DNA of 64,000 bases from Eledone cirrhosa (GCA_964016885.1 OZ024742.1:376030001-376094000); one strand, 5' to 3'. Counted from the stretch's first letter, positions 1-14,200 are shown. The notes: a model not told the origin generated them from the letters alone. Numbers and translations: made by a program.

Positions 1-540
1 GACAACTGGTATAGACACTAGTACCAACCTAGTAAACACCAGCTCTGGTTATATAAAACTAGATAGAGAACAACTGGTATTGACACTAGTACCAACCTAG
101 TAAACACCAGCTCTGGTTATATACAACTAGATAGACAACTGGTACTGACACTAGTACCAACCTAGTAAACACCAGCCCTGGTAATATAAAACTAGATGGA
201 GTACACCTGGTATTGACACTAGTACCAATCTAGTAAACACAAGCTCTGGTAATATAAAACTAGATAGAAAACAACTGGTATTGAGACTAGTACCAACCTA
301 GTAAACACCAGCTCTGGTTATATAAAACTAGATAGAGAACAACTGGTATTGACACTAGAACCAACCTAGTAAACACCAGCTCTGGTTATATAAAACTAGA
401 TAGACAACTGGTATGGACACTAGTACCAACCTAGTAAACACTAGCTCTGGTTATATAAAACTAGATAGAGAACAACTGGTATTGACACTAGTACCAACCT
501 AGTAAACACTAGCTCTGGTTATATAAAACTAGATAGAGAA

Positions 541-608
541 CAACTGGTATTGACACTAGTACCAACCTAGTAAACACCAGCTCTGGTTATATAAAACTAG
601 ATAGAGAA
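541..608 (+). repeat. Representative consensus monomer with inverted repeats TGGTATTG-ACAC-TAGTACCA and ACCAG-CT-CTGGT, one SpeI site (ACTAGT) and a TATATAAAA tract
   Basis: Read directly from the sequence. Composition A27 C14 G11 T16, no CG dinucleotide. Confidence 0.97.
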
Positions 609-3600
609 CAACTGGTATTGACACTAATACCAACCTGGTACACACCAGCTCTGGTTATATAAAACTAGATAGAGAACAACTGGTATTGACACTAGTACCA
701 TCCTAGTAAACACCAGCTCTGGTTATATAAAAGTAGATAGAGAACAATGTTATTGACACTAGTACAAACCTAGTAAACACCAGCTCTGGTTATATAAAAG
801 TAGATAGAGAACAATGTTATTGACACTAGTACCAACCTAGTAAACACCAGCCCTGGTAATATAAAACTAGATAGAGAACAACTGGTATTGACACTAGTAC
901 CAACCTAGTAAACACCAGCTCTGGTTATATAAAACTAGGGAGAGAACTGGTATAGACACTAGTACCAACCTAGTAAACACCAGCTCTGGTTATATAAAAT
1001 TAGATAGAGAACAACTGGTATTGACACTAGTACCAACCTAGTAAACACCAGCTCTGGTCATATAAAACTAGATAGAGAACAACTGGTATTGACACTAGTA
1101 CCAACCTAGTAAACACTAGCTCTGGTTATATAAAACTAGATAGAGAACAACAGGTATTGACACTAGTACCAACCTAGTAAACACCAGCTCTGGTTATATA
1201 AAAGTAGATAGAGAACAATGTTATTGACACTAGTACAAACCTAGTAAACACCAGCTCTGGTTATATACAACTAGATGGAGAACAACTGGTATTGACACTA
1301 GGACCAACCTAGTAAACACCAGCTCTGGTTATATAAAACTAGATAGAGAACAACTGGTATTGACACTAGTACCAACCTAGTAAACACCAGCTCTGGTTAT
1401 ATAAAACTAGATAGACAACTGGTATTGACACTAGTACCAACCTAGTAAACACCAGTTCTGGTTATATAAAACTAGATAGACAACTGGTATTGACACTAGT
1501 ACCAACCTAGTAAACACCAGCCCTGGTAATATAAAACTAGATAGAGAACAACTGGTATTGACACTAGTACCAACCTAGTAAACACCAGCTCTGGTTATAT
1601 AAAACTAGGGAGAGAACTGATATACACACTAGTATCAACCTAGTAAACACCAGCTCTGGTTATATAAAACTAAATAGAGAACAACTGGTATTGACACTAG
1701 TACCAACCTAGTAAACACCAGCTCTGGTTATATAAAACTAGATAGAGAACAACTGGTATTGACACTAGTACCAACCTAGTAAACACCAGCTCTGGTTATA
1801 TAAAACTAGATGGAGAACAACTCGTATTGACACTAGTACCAACCTAGTAAACACCAGCTCTGGTTATATAAAACTAGATAGAGAACAACTGGTATTGAGA
1901 CTAGTACCAACCTAGTAAACACCAGCTCTGGGTATATAAAACTAGATGGAGAACAACTGGTATTGACACTAGTACCAACCTGGTAAACACCAGCTCTGGT
2001 TATATAAAACTAGATAGAGAACAACTGGTATTGACACTAGTACCAACCTAGTAAACACCAGCTCTGGTTATATACAACTAGATAGAGAACAACTGGTATT
2101 GACACTAGTACCAACCTAGTAAACATCAGCTCTGGTTATATAAAATTAGGGAGAGAACTGGTATAGACACTAGTACCAACCTAGTAAACACCAGCTCTGA
2201 TTACATAAAACTAGATAGAGAACAACTGGTATTGACACTAGTACCAACCTAGTAAACACCAGCTCTGGTTATATACAACTAGATAGAGAACAACTGGTAT
2301 TGACACTAGTACCAACCTAGTAAACACCAGCTCTGGTTATATAAAACTAGATAGAGAACAACTGGTATTGAGACTAGTACCAACCTAGTAAACACCAGCT
2401 CTGGTAATATAAAACTAGATAGACAACTGGTATAGACACTAGTACCAACCTAGTAAACACCAGCTCTGGTTATATAAAACTAGATAGAGAACAACTGGTA
2501 TTGACACTAGTACCAACCTAGTAAACACCAGCTCTGGTTATATACAACTAGATAGACAACTGGTATTGACACTAGTACCAACCTAGTAAACACCAGCCCT
2601 GGTAATATAAAACTAGATGGAGTACAACTGGTATTGACACTAGTACCAATCTAGTAAACACAAGCTCTGGTAATATAAAACTAGATAGAGAACAACTGGT
2701 ATTGAGACTAGTACCAACCTAGTAAACACCAGCTCTGGTTATATAAAACTAGATAGAGAACAACTGGTATTGACACTAGTACCAACCTGGTAAACACCAG
2801 CTTTGGTTATATACAACTAGATAAAGAACTGGTATTGACACTAGTACCAACCTAGTAAACACCAGCCCTGGTAATATAAAACTAGATGGAGTACACCTGG
2901 TATTGACACTAGTACCAATCTAGTAAACACAAGCTCTGGTAATATAAAACTAGATAGAGAACAACTGGTATTGAGACTAGTACCAACCTAGTAAACACCA
3001 GCTCTGGTTATATAAAACTAGATAGAGAACAACTGGTATTGACACTAGAACCAACCTAGTAAACACCAGCTCTGGTTATATAAAACTAGATAGACAACTG
3101 GTATGGACACTAGTACCAACCTAGTAAACACTAGCTCTGGTTATATAAAACTAGATAGAGAACAACTGGTATTGACACTAGTACCAACCTAGTAAACACT
3201 AGCTCTGGTTATATAAAACTAGATGGAGAACAACTGGTATTGACACTAGTACCAATCTAGTAAACACCAGCTCTGGTTATATAAAACTAGATAGAGAACA
3301 ACTGGTATTGACACTAGTACCAACCTAGTAAACACCAGCTCTGGTTATATAAAACTAGATAGAGAACAACTGGTATTGACACTAATACCAACCTGGTACA
3401 CACCAGCTCTGGTTATATAAAACTAGATAGAGAACAACTGGTATTGACACTAGTACCATCCTAGTAAACACCAGCTCTGGTTATATAAAAGTAGATAGAG
3501 AACAATGTTATTGACACTAGTACAAACCTAGTAAACACCAGCCCTGGTAATATAAAACTAGATAGAGAACAACTGGTATTGACACTAGTACCAACCTAGT

Positions 3601-6600
3601 AAACACCAGCTCTGGTTATATAAAACTAGGGAGAGAACTGGTATAGACACTAGTACCAACCTAGTAAACACCAGCTCTGGTTATATAAAATTAGATAGAG
3701 AACAACTGGTATTGACACTAGTACCAACCTAGTAAACACCAGCTCTGGTCATATAAAACTAGATAGAGAACAACTGGTATTGACACTAGTACCAACCTAG
3801 TAAACACTAGCTCTGGTTATATAAAACTAGATAGAGAACAACAGGTATTGACACTAGTACCAACCTAGTAAACACCAGCTCTGGTTATATAAAAGTAGAT
3901 AGAGAACAATGTTATTGACACTAGTACAAACCTAGTAAACACCAGCTCTGGTTATATACAACTAGATGGAGAACAACTGGTATTGACACTAGGACCAACC
4001 TAGTAAACACCAGCTCTGGTTATATAAAACTAGATGGAGAACAATTGGTATTGACACTAGTACCAACCTGGTAAACACCAGCTCTGGTTATATAAAACTA
4101 GATAGAGAACAACTGGTATTGACACTAGTACCAACTTAGTAAACACCAGCCCAGGTTATATAAAACTAGATAGAGAACAACTGGTATTGACACTAGTACC
4201 AACCTAGTAAACACCAGCTCTGGTTATATAAAACTAGATAGACAACTGGTATTGACACTAGTACCAACCTAGTAAACACCAGTTCTGGTTATATAAAACT
4301 AGATAGACAACTGGTATTGACACTAGTACCAACCTAGTAAACACCAGCCCTGGTAATATAAAACTAGATAGAGAACAACTGGTATTGACACTAGTACCAA
4401 CCTAGTAAACACCAGCTCTGGTTATATAAAACTAGGGAGAGAACTGATATACACACTAGTATCAACCTAGTAAACACCAGCTCTGGTTATATAAAACTAG
4501 ATAGAGAACAACTGGTATTGACACTAGTACCAACCTAGTAAACACCAGCTCTGGTTATATAAAACTAGATAGAGAACAACTGGTATTGACACTAGTACCA
4601 ACCTAGTAAACACCAGCTCTGGTTATATAAAACTAGATGGAGAACAACTCGTATTGACACTAGTACCAACCTAGTAAACACCAGCTCTGGTTATATAAAA
4701 CTAGATAGAGAACAACTGGTATTGAGACTAGTACCAACCTAGTAAACACCAGCTCTGGGTATATAAAACTAGATGGAGAACAACTGGTATTGACACTAGT
4801 TCCAACCTGGTAAACACCAGCTCTGGTTATATAAAACTAGATAGAGAACAACTGGTATTGACACTAGTACCAACTTAGTAAACACCAGCCCAGGTTATAT
4901 AAAACTAGATAGAGAACAACTGGTATTGACACTAGTACCAACCTAGTAAACACCAGCTCTGGTTATATACAACTAGATAGAGAACAACTGGTATTGACAC
5001 TAGTACCAACCTAGTAAACATCAGCTCTGGTTATATAAAATTAGGGAGAGAACTGGTATAGACACTAGTACCAACCTAGTAAACACCAGCTCTGATTACA
5101 TAAAACTAGATAGAGAACAACTGGTATTGACACTAGTACCAACCTAGTAAACACCAGCTCTGGTTATATACAACTAGATAGAGAACAACTGGTATTGACA
5201 CTAGTACCAACCTAGTAAACACCAGCTCTGGTTATATAAAACTAGATAGAGAACAACTGGTATTGAGACTAGTACCAACCTAGTAAACACCAGCTCTGGT
5301 AATATAAAACTAGATAGACAACTGGTATAGACACTAGTACCAACCTAGTAAACACCAGCTCTGGTTATATAAAACTAGATAGAGAACAACTGGTATTGAC
5401 ACTAGTACCAACCTAGTAAACACCAGCTCTGGTTATATACAACTAGATAGACAACTGGTATTGACACTAGTACCAACCTAGTAAACACCAGCCCTGGTAA
5501 TATAAAACTAGATGGAGTACAACTGGTATTGACACTAGTACCAATCTAGTAAACACAAGCTCTGGTAATATAAAACTAGATAGAGAACAACTGGTATTGA
5601 GACTAGTACCAACCTAGTAAACACCAGCTCTGGTTATATAAAACTAGATAGAGAACAACTGGTATTGACACTAGTACCAACCTGGTAAACACCAGCTTTG
5701 GTTATATACAACTAGATAAAGAACTGGTATTGACACTAGTACCAACCTAGTAAACACCAGCCCTGGTAATATAAAACTAGATGGAGTACACCTGGTATTG
5801 ACACTAGTACCAATCTAGTAAACACAAGCTCTGGTAATATAAAACTAGATAGAGAACAACTGGTATTGAGACTAGTACCAACCTAGTAAACACCAGCTCT
5901 GGTTATATAAAACTAGATAGAGAACAACTGGTATTGACACTAGAACCAACCTAGTAAACACCAGCTCTGGTTATATAAAACTAGATAGACAACTGGTATG
6001 GACACTAGTACCAACCTAGTAAACACTAGCTCTGGTTATATAAAACTAGATAGAGAACAACTGGTATTGACACTAGTACCAACCTAGTAAACACTAGCTC
6101 TGGTTATATAAAACTAGATGGAGAACAACTGGTATTGACACTAGTACCAATCTAGTAAACACCAGCTCTGGTTATATAAAACTAGATAGAGAACAACTGG
6201 TATTGACACTAGTACCAACCTAGTAAACACCAGCTCTGGTTATATAAAACTAGATAGAGAACAACTGGTATTGACACTAATACCAACCTGGTACACACCA
6301 GCTCTGGTTATATAAAACTAGATAGAGAACAACTGGTATTGACACTAGTACCATCCTAGTAAACACCAGCTCTGGTTATATAAAAGTAGATAGAGAACAA
6401 TGTTATTGACACTAGTACAAACCTAGTAAACACCAGCCCTGGTAATATAAAACTAGATAGAGAACAACTGGTATTGACACTAGTACCAACCTAGTAAACA
6501 CCAGCTCTGGTTATATAAAACTAGGGAGAGAACTGGTATAGACACTAGTACCAACCTAGTAAACACCAGCTCTGGTTATATAAAATTAGATAGAGAACAA

Positions 6601-7869
6601 CTGGTATTGACACTAGTACCAACCTAGTAAACACCAGCTCTGGTCATATAAAACTAGATAGAGAACAACTGGTATTGACACTAGTACCAACCTAGTAAAC
6701 ACTAGCTCTGGTTATATAAAACTAGATAGAGAACAACAGGTATTGACACTAGTACCAACCTAGTAAACACCAGCTCTGGTTATATAAAAGTAGATAGAGA
6801 ACAATGTTATTGACACTAGTACAAACCTAGTAAACACCAGCTCTGGTTATATACAACTAGATGGAGAACAACTGGTATTGACACTAGGACCAACCTAGTA
6901 AACACCAGCTCTGGTTATATGAAACTAGATGGAGAACAACTGGTATTGACACTAGTACCAACCTGGTAAACACCAGCTCTGGTTATATAAAACTAGATAG
7001 AGAACAACTGGTATTGACACTAGTACCAACTTAGTAAACACCAGCCCAGGTTATATAAAACTAGATAGAGAACAACTGGTATTGACACTAGTACCAACCT
7101 AGTAAACACCAGCTCTGGTTATATACAACTAGATAGAGAACAACTGGTATTGACACTAGTACCAACCTAGTAAACATCAGCTCTGGTTATATAAAATTAG
7201 GGAGAGAACTGGTATAGACACTAGTACCAACCTAGTAAACACCAGCTCTGATTACATAAAACTAGATAGAGAACAACTGGTATTGACACTAGTACCAACC
7301 TAGTAAACACCAGCTCTGGTTATATACAACTAGATAGAGAACAACTGGTATTGACACTAGTACCAACCTAGTAAACACCAGCTCTGGTTATATAAAACTA
7401 GATAGAGAACAACTGGTATTGAGACTAGTACCAACCTAGTAAACACCAGCTCTGGTAATATAAAACTAGATAGACAACTGGTATAGACACTAGTACCAAC
7501 CTAGTAAACACCAGCTCTGGTTATATAAAACTAGATAGAGAACAACTGGTATTGACACTAGTACCAACCTAGTAAACACCAGCTCTGGTTATATACAACT
7601 AGATAGACAACTGGTATTGACACTAGTACCAACCTAGTAAACACCAGCCCTGGTAATATAAAACTAGATGGAGTACAACTGGTATTGACACTAGTACCAA
7701 TCTAGTAAACACAAGCTCTGGTAATATAAAACTAGATAGAGAACAACTGGTATTGAGACTAGTACCAACCTAGTAAACACCAGCTCTGGTTATATAAAAC
7801 TAGATAGAGAACAACTGGTATTGACACTAGTACCAACCTGGTAAACACCAGCTTCGGTTATATACAACT

Positions 7870-10800
7870 AGATAAAGAACTGGTATTGACACTAGTACCA
7901 ACCTAGTAAACACCAGCCCTGGTAATATAAAACTAGATGGAGTACACCTGGTATTGACACTAGTACCAATCTAGTAAACACAAGCTCTGGTAATATAAAA
8001 CTAGATAGAGAACAACTGGTATTGAGACTAGTACCAACCTAGTAAACACCAGCTCTGGTTATATAAAACTAGATGGAGAACAACTGGTATTGACACTAGT
8101 ACCAATCTAGTAAACACCAGCTCTGGTTATATGAAACTAGATAGACAACTGGTATGGACACTAGTACCAACCTAGTAAACACTAGCTCTGGTTATATAAA
8201 ACTAGATAGAGAACAACTGGTTTTGACACTAGTACCAACCTAGTAAACACCAGCTCTGGTTATATAAAACTAGATGGAGAACAACTGGTATTGACACTAG
8301 AACCAACCTAGTAAACACCAGCTCTGGTTATATAAAACTAGATAGACAACTGGTATGGACACTAGTACCAACCTAGTAAACACTAGCTCTGGTTATATAA
8401 AACTAGATAGAGAACAACTGGTATTGACACTAGTACCAACCTAGTAAACACTAGCTCTGGTTATATAAAACTAGATGGAGAACAACTGGTATTGACACTA
8501 GTACCAATCTAGTAAACACCAGCTCTGGTTATATAAAACTAGATAGAGAACAACTGGTATTGACACTAGTACCAACCTAGTAAACACCAGCTCTGGTTAT
8601 ATAAAACTAGATAGAGAACAACTGGTATTGACACTAGTACCATCCTAGTAAACACCAGCTCTGGTTATATAAAAGTAGATAGAGAACAATGTTATTGACA
8701 CTAGTACAAACCTAGTAAACACCAGCCCTGGTAATATAAAACTAGATAGAGAACAACTGGTATTGACACTAGTACCAACCTAGTAAACACCAGCTCTGGT
8801 TATATAAAACTAGGGAGAGAACTGGTATAGACACTAGTACCAACCTAGTAAACACCAGCTCTGGTTATATAAAATTAGATAGAGAACAACTGGTATTGAC
8901 ACTAGTACCAACCTAGTAAACACCAGCTCTGGTCATATAAAACTAGATAGAGAACAACTGGTATTGACACTAGTACCAACCTAGTAAACACTAGCTCTGG
9001 TTATATAAAACTAGATAGAGAACAACAGGTATTGACACTAGTACCAACCTAGTAAACACCAGCTCTGGTTATATAAAAGTAGATAGAGAACAATGTTATT
9101 GACACTAGTACAAACCTAGTAAACACCAGCTCTGGTTATATACAACTAGATGGAGAACAACTGGTATTGACACTAGGACCAACCTAGTAAACACCAGCTC
9201 TGGTTATATAAAACTAGATAGAGAACAACTGGTATTGACACTAGTACCAACCTAGTAAACACCAGCTCTGGTTATATAAAACTAGATAGACAACTGGTAT
9301 TGACACTAGTACCAACCTAGTAAACACCAGTTCTGGTTATATAAAACTAGATAGACAACTGGTATTGACACTAGTACCAACCTAGTAAACACCAGCCCTG
9401 GTAATATAAAACTAGATAGAGAACAACTGGTATTGACACTAGTACCAACCTAGTAAACACCAGCTCTGGTTATATAAAACTAGATAGAGAACAACTGGTA
9501 TTGAGACTAGTACCAACCTAGTAAACACCAGCTCTGGTAATATAAAACTAGATAGACAACTGGTATAGACACTAGTACCAACCTAGTAAACACCAGCTCT
9601 GGTTATATAAAACTAGATAGAGAACAACTGGTATTGACACTAGTACCAACCTAGTAAACACCAGCTCTGGTTATATACAACTAGATAGACAACTGGTATT
9701 GACACTAGTACCAACCTAGTAAACACCAGCCCTGGTAATATAAAACTAGATGGAGTACAACTGGTATTGACACTAGTACCAATCTAGTAAACACAAGCTC
9801 TGGTAATATAAAACTAGATAGAGAACAACTGGTATTGAGACTAGTACCAACCTAGTAAACACCAGCTCTGGTTATATAAAACTAGATGGAGAACAACTGG
9901 TATTGACACTAGTACCAATCTAGTAAACACCAGCTCTGGTTATATGAAACTAGATAGACAACTGGTATGGACACTAGTACCAACCTAGTAAACACTAGCT
10001 CTGGTTATATAAAACTAGATAGAGAACAACTGGTTTTGACACTAGTACCAACCTAGTAAACACCAGCTCTGGTTATATAAAACTAGATGGAGAACAACTG
10101 GTATTGACACTAGAACCAACCTAGTAAACACCAGCTCTGGTTATATAAAACTAGATAGACAACTGGTATGGACACTAGTACCAACCTAGTAAACACTAGC
10201 TCTGGTTATATAAAACTAGATAGAGAACAACTGGTATTGACACTAGTACCAACCTAGTAAACACTAGCTCTGGTTATATAAAACTAGATGGAGAACAACT
10301 GGTATTGACACTAGTACCAATCTAGTAAACACCAGCTCTGGTTATATAAAACTAGATAGAGAACAACTGGTATTGACACTAGTACCAACCTAGTAAACAC
10401 CAGCTCTGGTTATATAAAACTAGATAGAGAACAACTGGTATTGACACTAGTACCATCCTAGTAAACACCAGCTCTGGTTATATAAAAGTAGATAGAGAAC
10501 AATGTTATTGACACTAGTACAAACCTAGTAAACACCAGCCCTGGTAATATAAAACTAGATAGAGAACAACTGGTATTGACACTAGTACCAACCTAGTAAA
10601 CACCAGCTCTGGTTATATAAAACTAGGGAGAGAACTGGTATAGACACTAGTACCAACCTAGTAAACACCAGCTCTGGTTATATAAAATTAGATAGAGAAC
10701 AACTGGTATTGACACTAGTACCAACCTAGTAAACACCAGCTCTGGTCATATAAAACTAGATAGAGAACAACTGGTATTGACACTAGTACCAACCTAGTAA

Positions 10801-11295
10801 ACACTAGCTCTGGTTATATAAAACTAGATAGAGAACAACAGGTATTGACACTAGTACCAACCTAGTAAACACCAGCTCTGGTTATATAAAAGTAGATAGA
10901 GAACAATGTTATTGACACTAGTACAAACCTAGTAAACACCAGCTCTGGTTATATACAACTAGATGGAGAACAACTGGTATTGACACTAGGACCAACCTAG
11001 TAAACACCAGCTCTGGTTATATAAAACTAGATAGAGAACAACTGGTATTGACACTAGTACCAACCTAGTAAACACCAGCTCTGGTTATATAAAACTAGAT
11101 AGACAACTGGTATTGACACTAGTACCAACCTAGTAAACACCAGTTCTGGTTATATAAAACTAGATAGACAACTGGTATTGACACTAGTACCAACCTAGTA
11201 AACACCAGCCCTGGTAATATAAAACTAGATAGAGAACAACTGGTATTGACACTAGTACCAACCTAGTAAACACCAGCTCTGGTTATATAAAACTA
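7870..11295. repeat. Block duplication with 1813-bp offset (27 monomers)
   Basis: Markers TTTTGAC at 8221/10034, ATGAAAC at 8131/9944 and CAAGCTC at 7981/9794 are all offset by 1813. Confidence 0.88.
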
Positions 11296-14200
11296 GGGAG
11301 AGAACTGATATACACACTAGTATCAACCTAGTAAACACCAGCTCTGGTTATATAAAACTAGATAGAGAACAACTGGTATTGACACTAGTACCAACCTAGT
11401 AAACACCAGCTCTGGTTATATAAAACTAGATAGAGAACAACTGGTATTGACACTAGTACCAACCTAGTAAACACCAGCTCTGGTTATATAAAACTAGATG
11501 GAGAACAACTCGTATTGACACTAGTACCAACCTAGTAAACACCAGCTCTGGTTATATAAAACTAGATAGAGAACAACTGGTATTGACACTAGTACCAACC
11601 TTGTAAACACCAGCTCTGGGTATATAAAACTAGATGGAGAACAACTGGTATTGACACTAGTACCAACCTGGTAAACACCAGCTCTGGTTATATAAAACTA
11701 GATAGAGAACAACTGGTATTGACACTAGTACCAACTTAGTAAACACCAGCCCAGGTTATATAAAACTAGATAGAGAACAACTGGTATTGACACTAGTACC
11801 AACCTAGTAAACACCAGCTCTGGTTATATACAACTAGATAGAGAACAACTGGTATTGACACTAGTACCAACCTAGTAAACATCAGCTCTGGTTATATAAA
11901 ATTAGGGAGAGAACTGGTATAGACACTAGTACCAACCTAGTAAACACCAGCTCTGATTACATAAAACTAGATAGAGAACAACTGGTATTGACACTAGTAC
12001 CAACCTAGTAAACACCAGCTCTGTTTATATACAACTAGATAGAGAACAACTGGTATTGACACTAGTACCAACCTAGTAAACACCAGCTCTGGTTATATAA
12101 AACTAGATAGAGAACAACTGGTATTGAGACTAGTACCAACCTAGTAAACACCAGCTCTGGTAATATAAAACTAGATAGACAACTGGTATAGACACTAGTA
12201 CCAACCTAGTAAACACCAGCTCTGGTTATATAAAACTAGATAGAGAACAACTGGTATTGACACTAGTACCAACCTAGTAAACACCAGCTCTGGTTATATA
12301 CAACTAGATAGACAACTGGTATTGACACTAGTACCAACCTAGTAAACACCAGCCCTGGTAATATAAAACTAGATGGAGTACAACTGGTATTGACACTAGT
12401 ACCAATCTAGTAAACACAAGCTCTGGTAATATAAAACTAGATAGAGAACAACTGGTATTGAGACTAGTACCAACCTAGTAAACACCAGCTCTGGTTATAT
12501 AAAACTAGATAGAGAACAACTGGTATTGACACTAGTACCAACCTGGTAAACACCAGCTTTGGTTATATACAACTAGATAAAGAACTGGTATTGACACTAG
12601 TACCAACCTAGTAAACACCAGCCCTGGTAATATAAAACTCGATGGAGTACACATGGTATTGACACTAGTACCAATCTAGTAAACACAAGCTCTGGTAATA
12701 TAAAACTAGATAGAGAACAACTGGTATTGAGACTAGTACCAACCTAGTAAACACCAGCTCTGGTTATATAAAACTAGATAGAGAACAACTGGTATTGACA
12801 CTAGAACCAACCTAGTAAACACCAGCTCTGGTTATATAAAACTAGATAGACAACTGGTATGGACACTAGTACCAACCTAGTAAACACTAGCTCTGGTTAT
12901 ATAAAACTAGATAGAGAACAACTGGTATTGACACTAGTACCAACCTAGTAAACACTAGCTCTGGTTATATAAAACTAGATGGAGAACAACTGGTATTGAC
13001 ACTAGTACCAATCTAGTAAACACCAGCTCTGGTTATATAAAACTAGATAGAGAACAACTGGTATTGACACTAGTACCAACCTAGTAAACACCAGCTCTGG
13101 TTATATAAAACTAGATAGAGAACAACTGGTATTGACACTAGTACCAACCTAGTAAACACCAGCTCTGGTTATATAAAACTAGGGAGAGAACAACTGGTAT
13201 TGACACTAGTACCAACCTAGTAAACACCAGCTCTGGTTATATAAAACTAGATAGACAACTGGTATTGACACTAGTACCATCCTAGTAAACACCAGCTCTG
13301 GTTATATAAAAGTAGATAGAGAACAATGTTATTGACACTAGTACAAACCTAGTAAACACCAGCCCTGGTAATATAAAACTAGATAGAGAACAACTGGTAT
13401 TGACACTAGTACCAACCTAGTAAACACCAGCTCTGGTTATATAAAACTAGGGAGAGAACTGGTATAGACACTAGTACCAACCTAGTAAACACCAGCTCTG
13501 GTTATATAAAATTAGATAGAGAACAACTGGTATTGACACTAGTACCAACCTAGTAAACACCAGCTCTGGTCATATAAAACTAGATAGAGAACAACTGGTA
13601 TTGACACTAGTACCAACCTAGTAAACACTAGCTCTGGTTATATAAAACTAGATAGAGAACAACAGGTATTGACACTAGTACCAACCTAGTAAACACCAGC
13701 TCTGGTTATATAAAAGTAGATAGAGAACAATGTTATTGACACTAGTACAAACCTAGTAAACACCAGCTCTGGTTATATACAACTAGATGGAGAACAACTG
13801 GTATTGACACTAGGACCAACCTAGTAAACACCAGCTCTGGTTATATAAAACTAGATAGAGAACAACTGGTATTGACACTAGTACCAACCTAGTAAACACC
13901 AGCTCTGGTTATATAAAACTAGATAGACAACTGGTATTGACACTAGTACCAACCTAGTAAACACCAGTTCTGGTTATATAAAACTAGATAGACAACTGGT
14001 ATTGACACTAGTACCAACCTAGTAAACACCAGCCCTGGTAATATAAAACTAGATAGAGAACAACTGGTATTGACACTAGTACCAACCTAGTAAACACCAG
14101 CTCTGGTTATATAAAACTAGGGAGAGAACTGATATACACACTAGTATCAACCTAGTAAACACCAGCTCTGGTTATATAAAACTAGATAGAGAACAACTGG

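Noticed and set aside
550-596. Sigma70 promoter array (perfect TTGACA in each monomer)
   Set aside because: There is no -10 hexamer 16-18 bp downstream. The TATA-like tract is about 32 bp away, and there is no gene to drive.
541-608. Satellite-embedded hammerhead ribozyme, as in newt satellite 2 or schistosome Sm-alpha
   Set aside because: The CUGANGA...GAAA core is absent from both strands of the consensus.
541-608. tRNA or tRNA-derived SINE array (tRNA-like length, AGCTC-TGGT, ACCA)
   Set aside because: There is no GTTCRA B-box or T-loop and no cloverleaf pairing.
543-638. Repeat-protein ORF: one + frame is open across a monomer (TGIDTSTNLVNTSSGYIKLDRE)
   Set aside because: 68 and 65 are not multiples of 3, so the frame shifts into TAG-TAA in the next unit (about 33 open codons). 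The 69- and 66-bp variants also introduce stops. All three minus frames have stops. On the + strand, reassigning TAG, TAA+TAG or TGA alone still leaves a stop in every three-monomer cycle.
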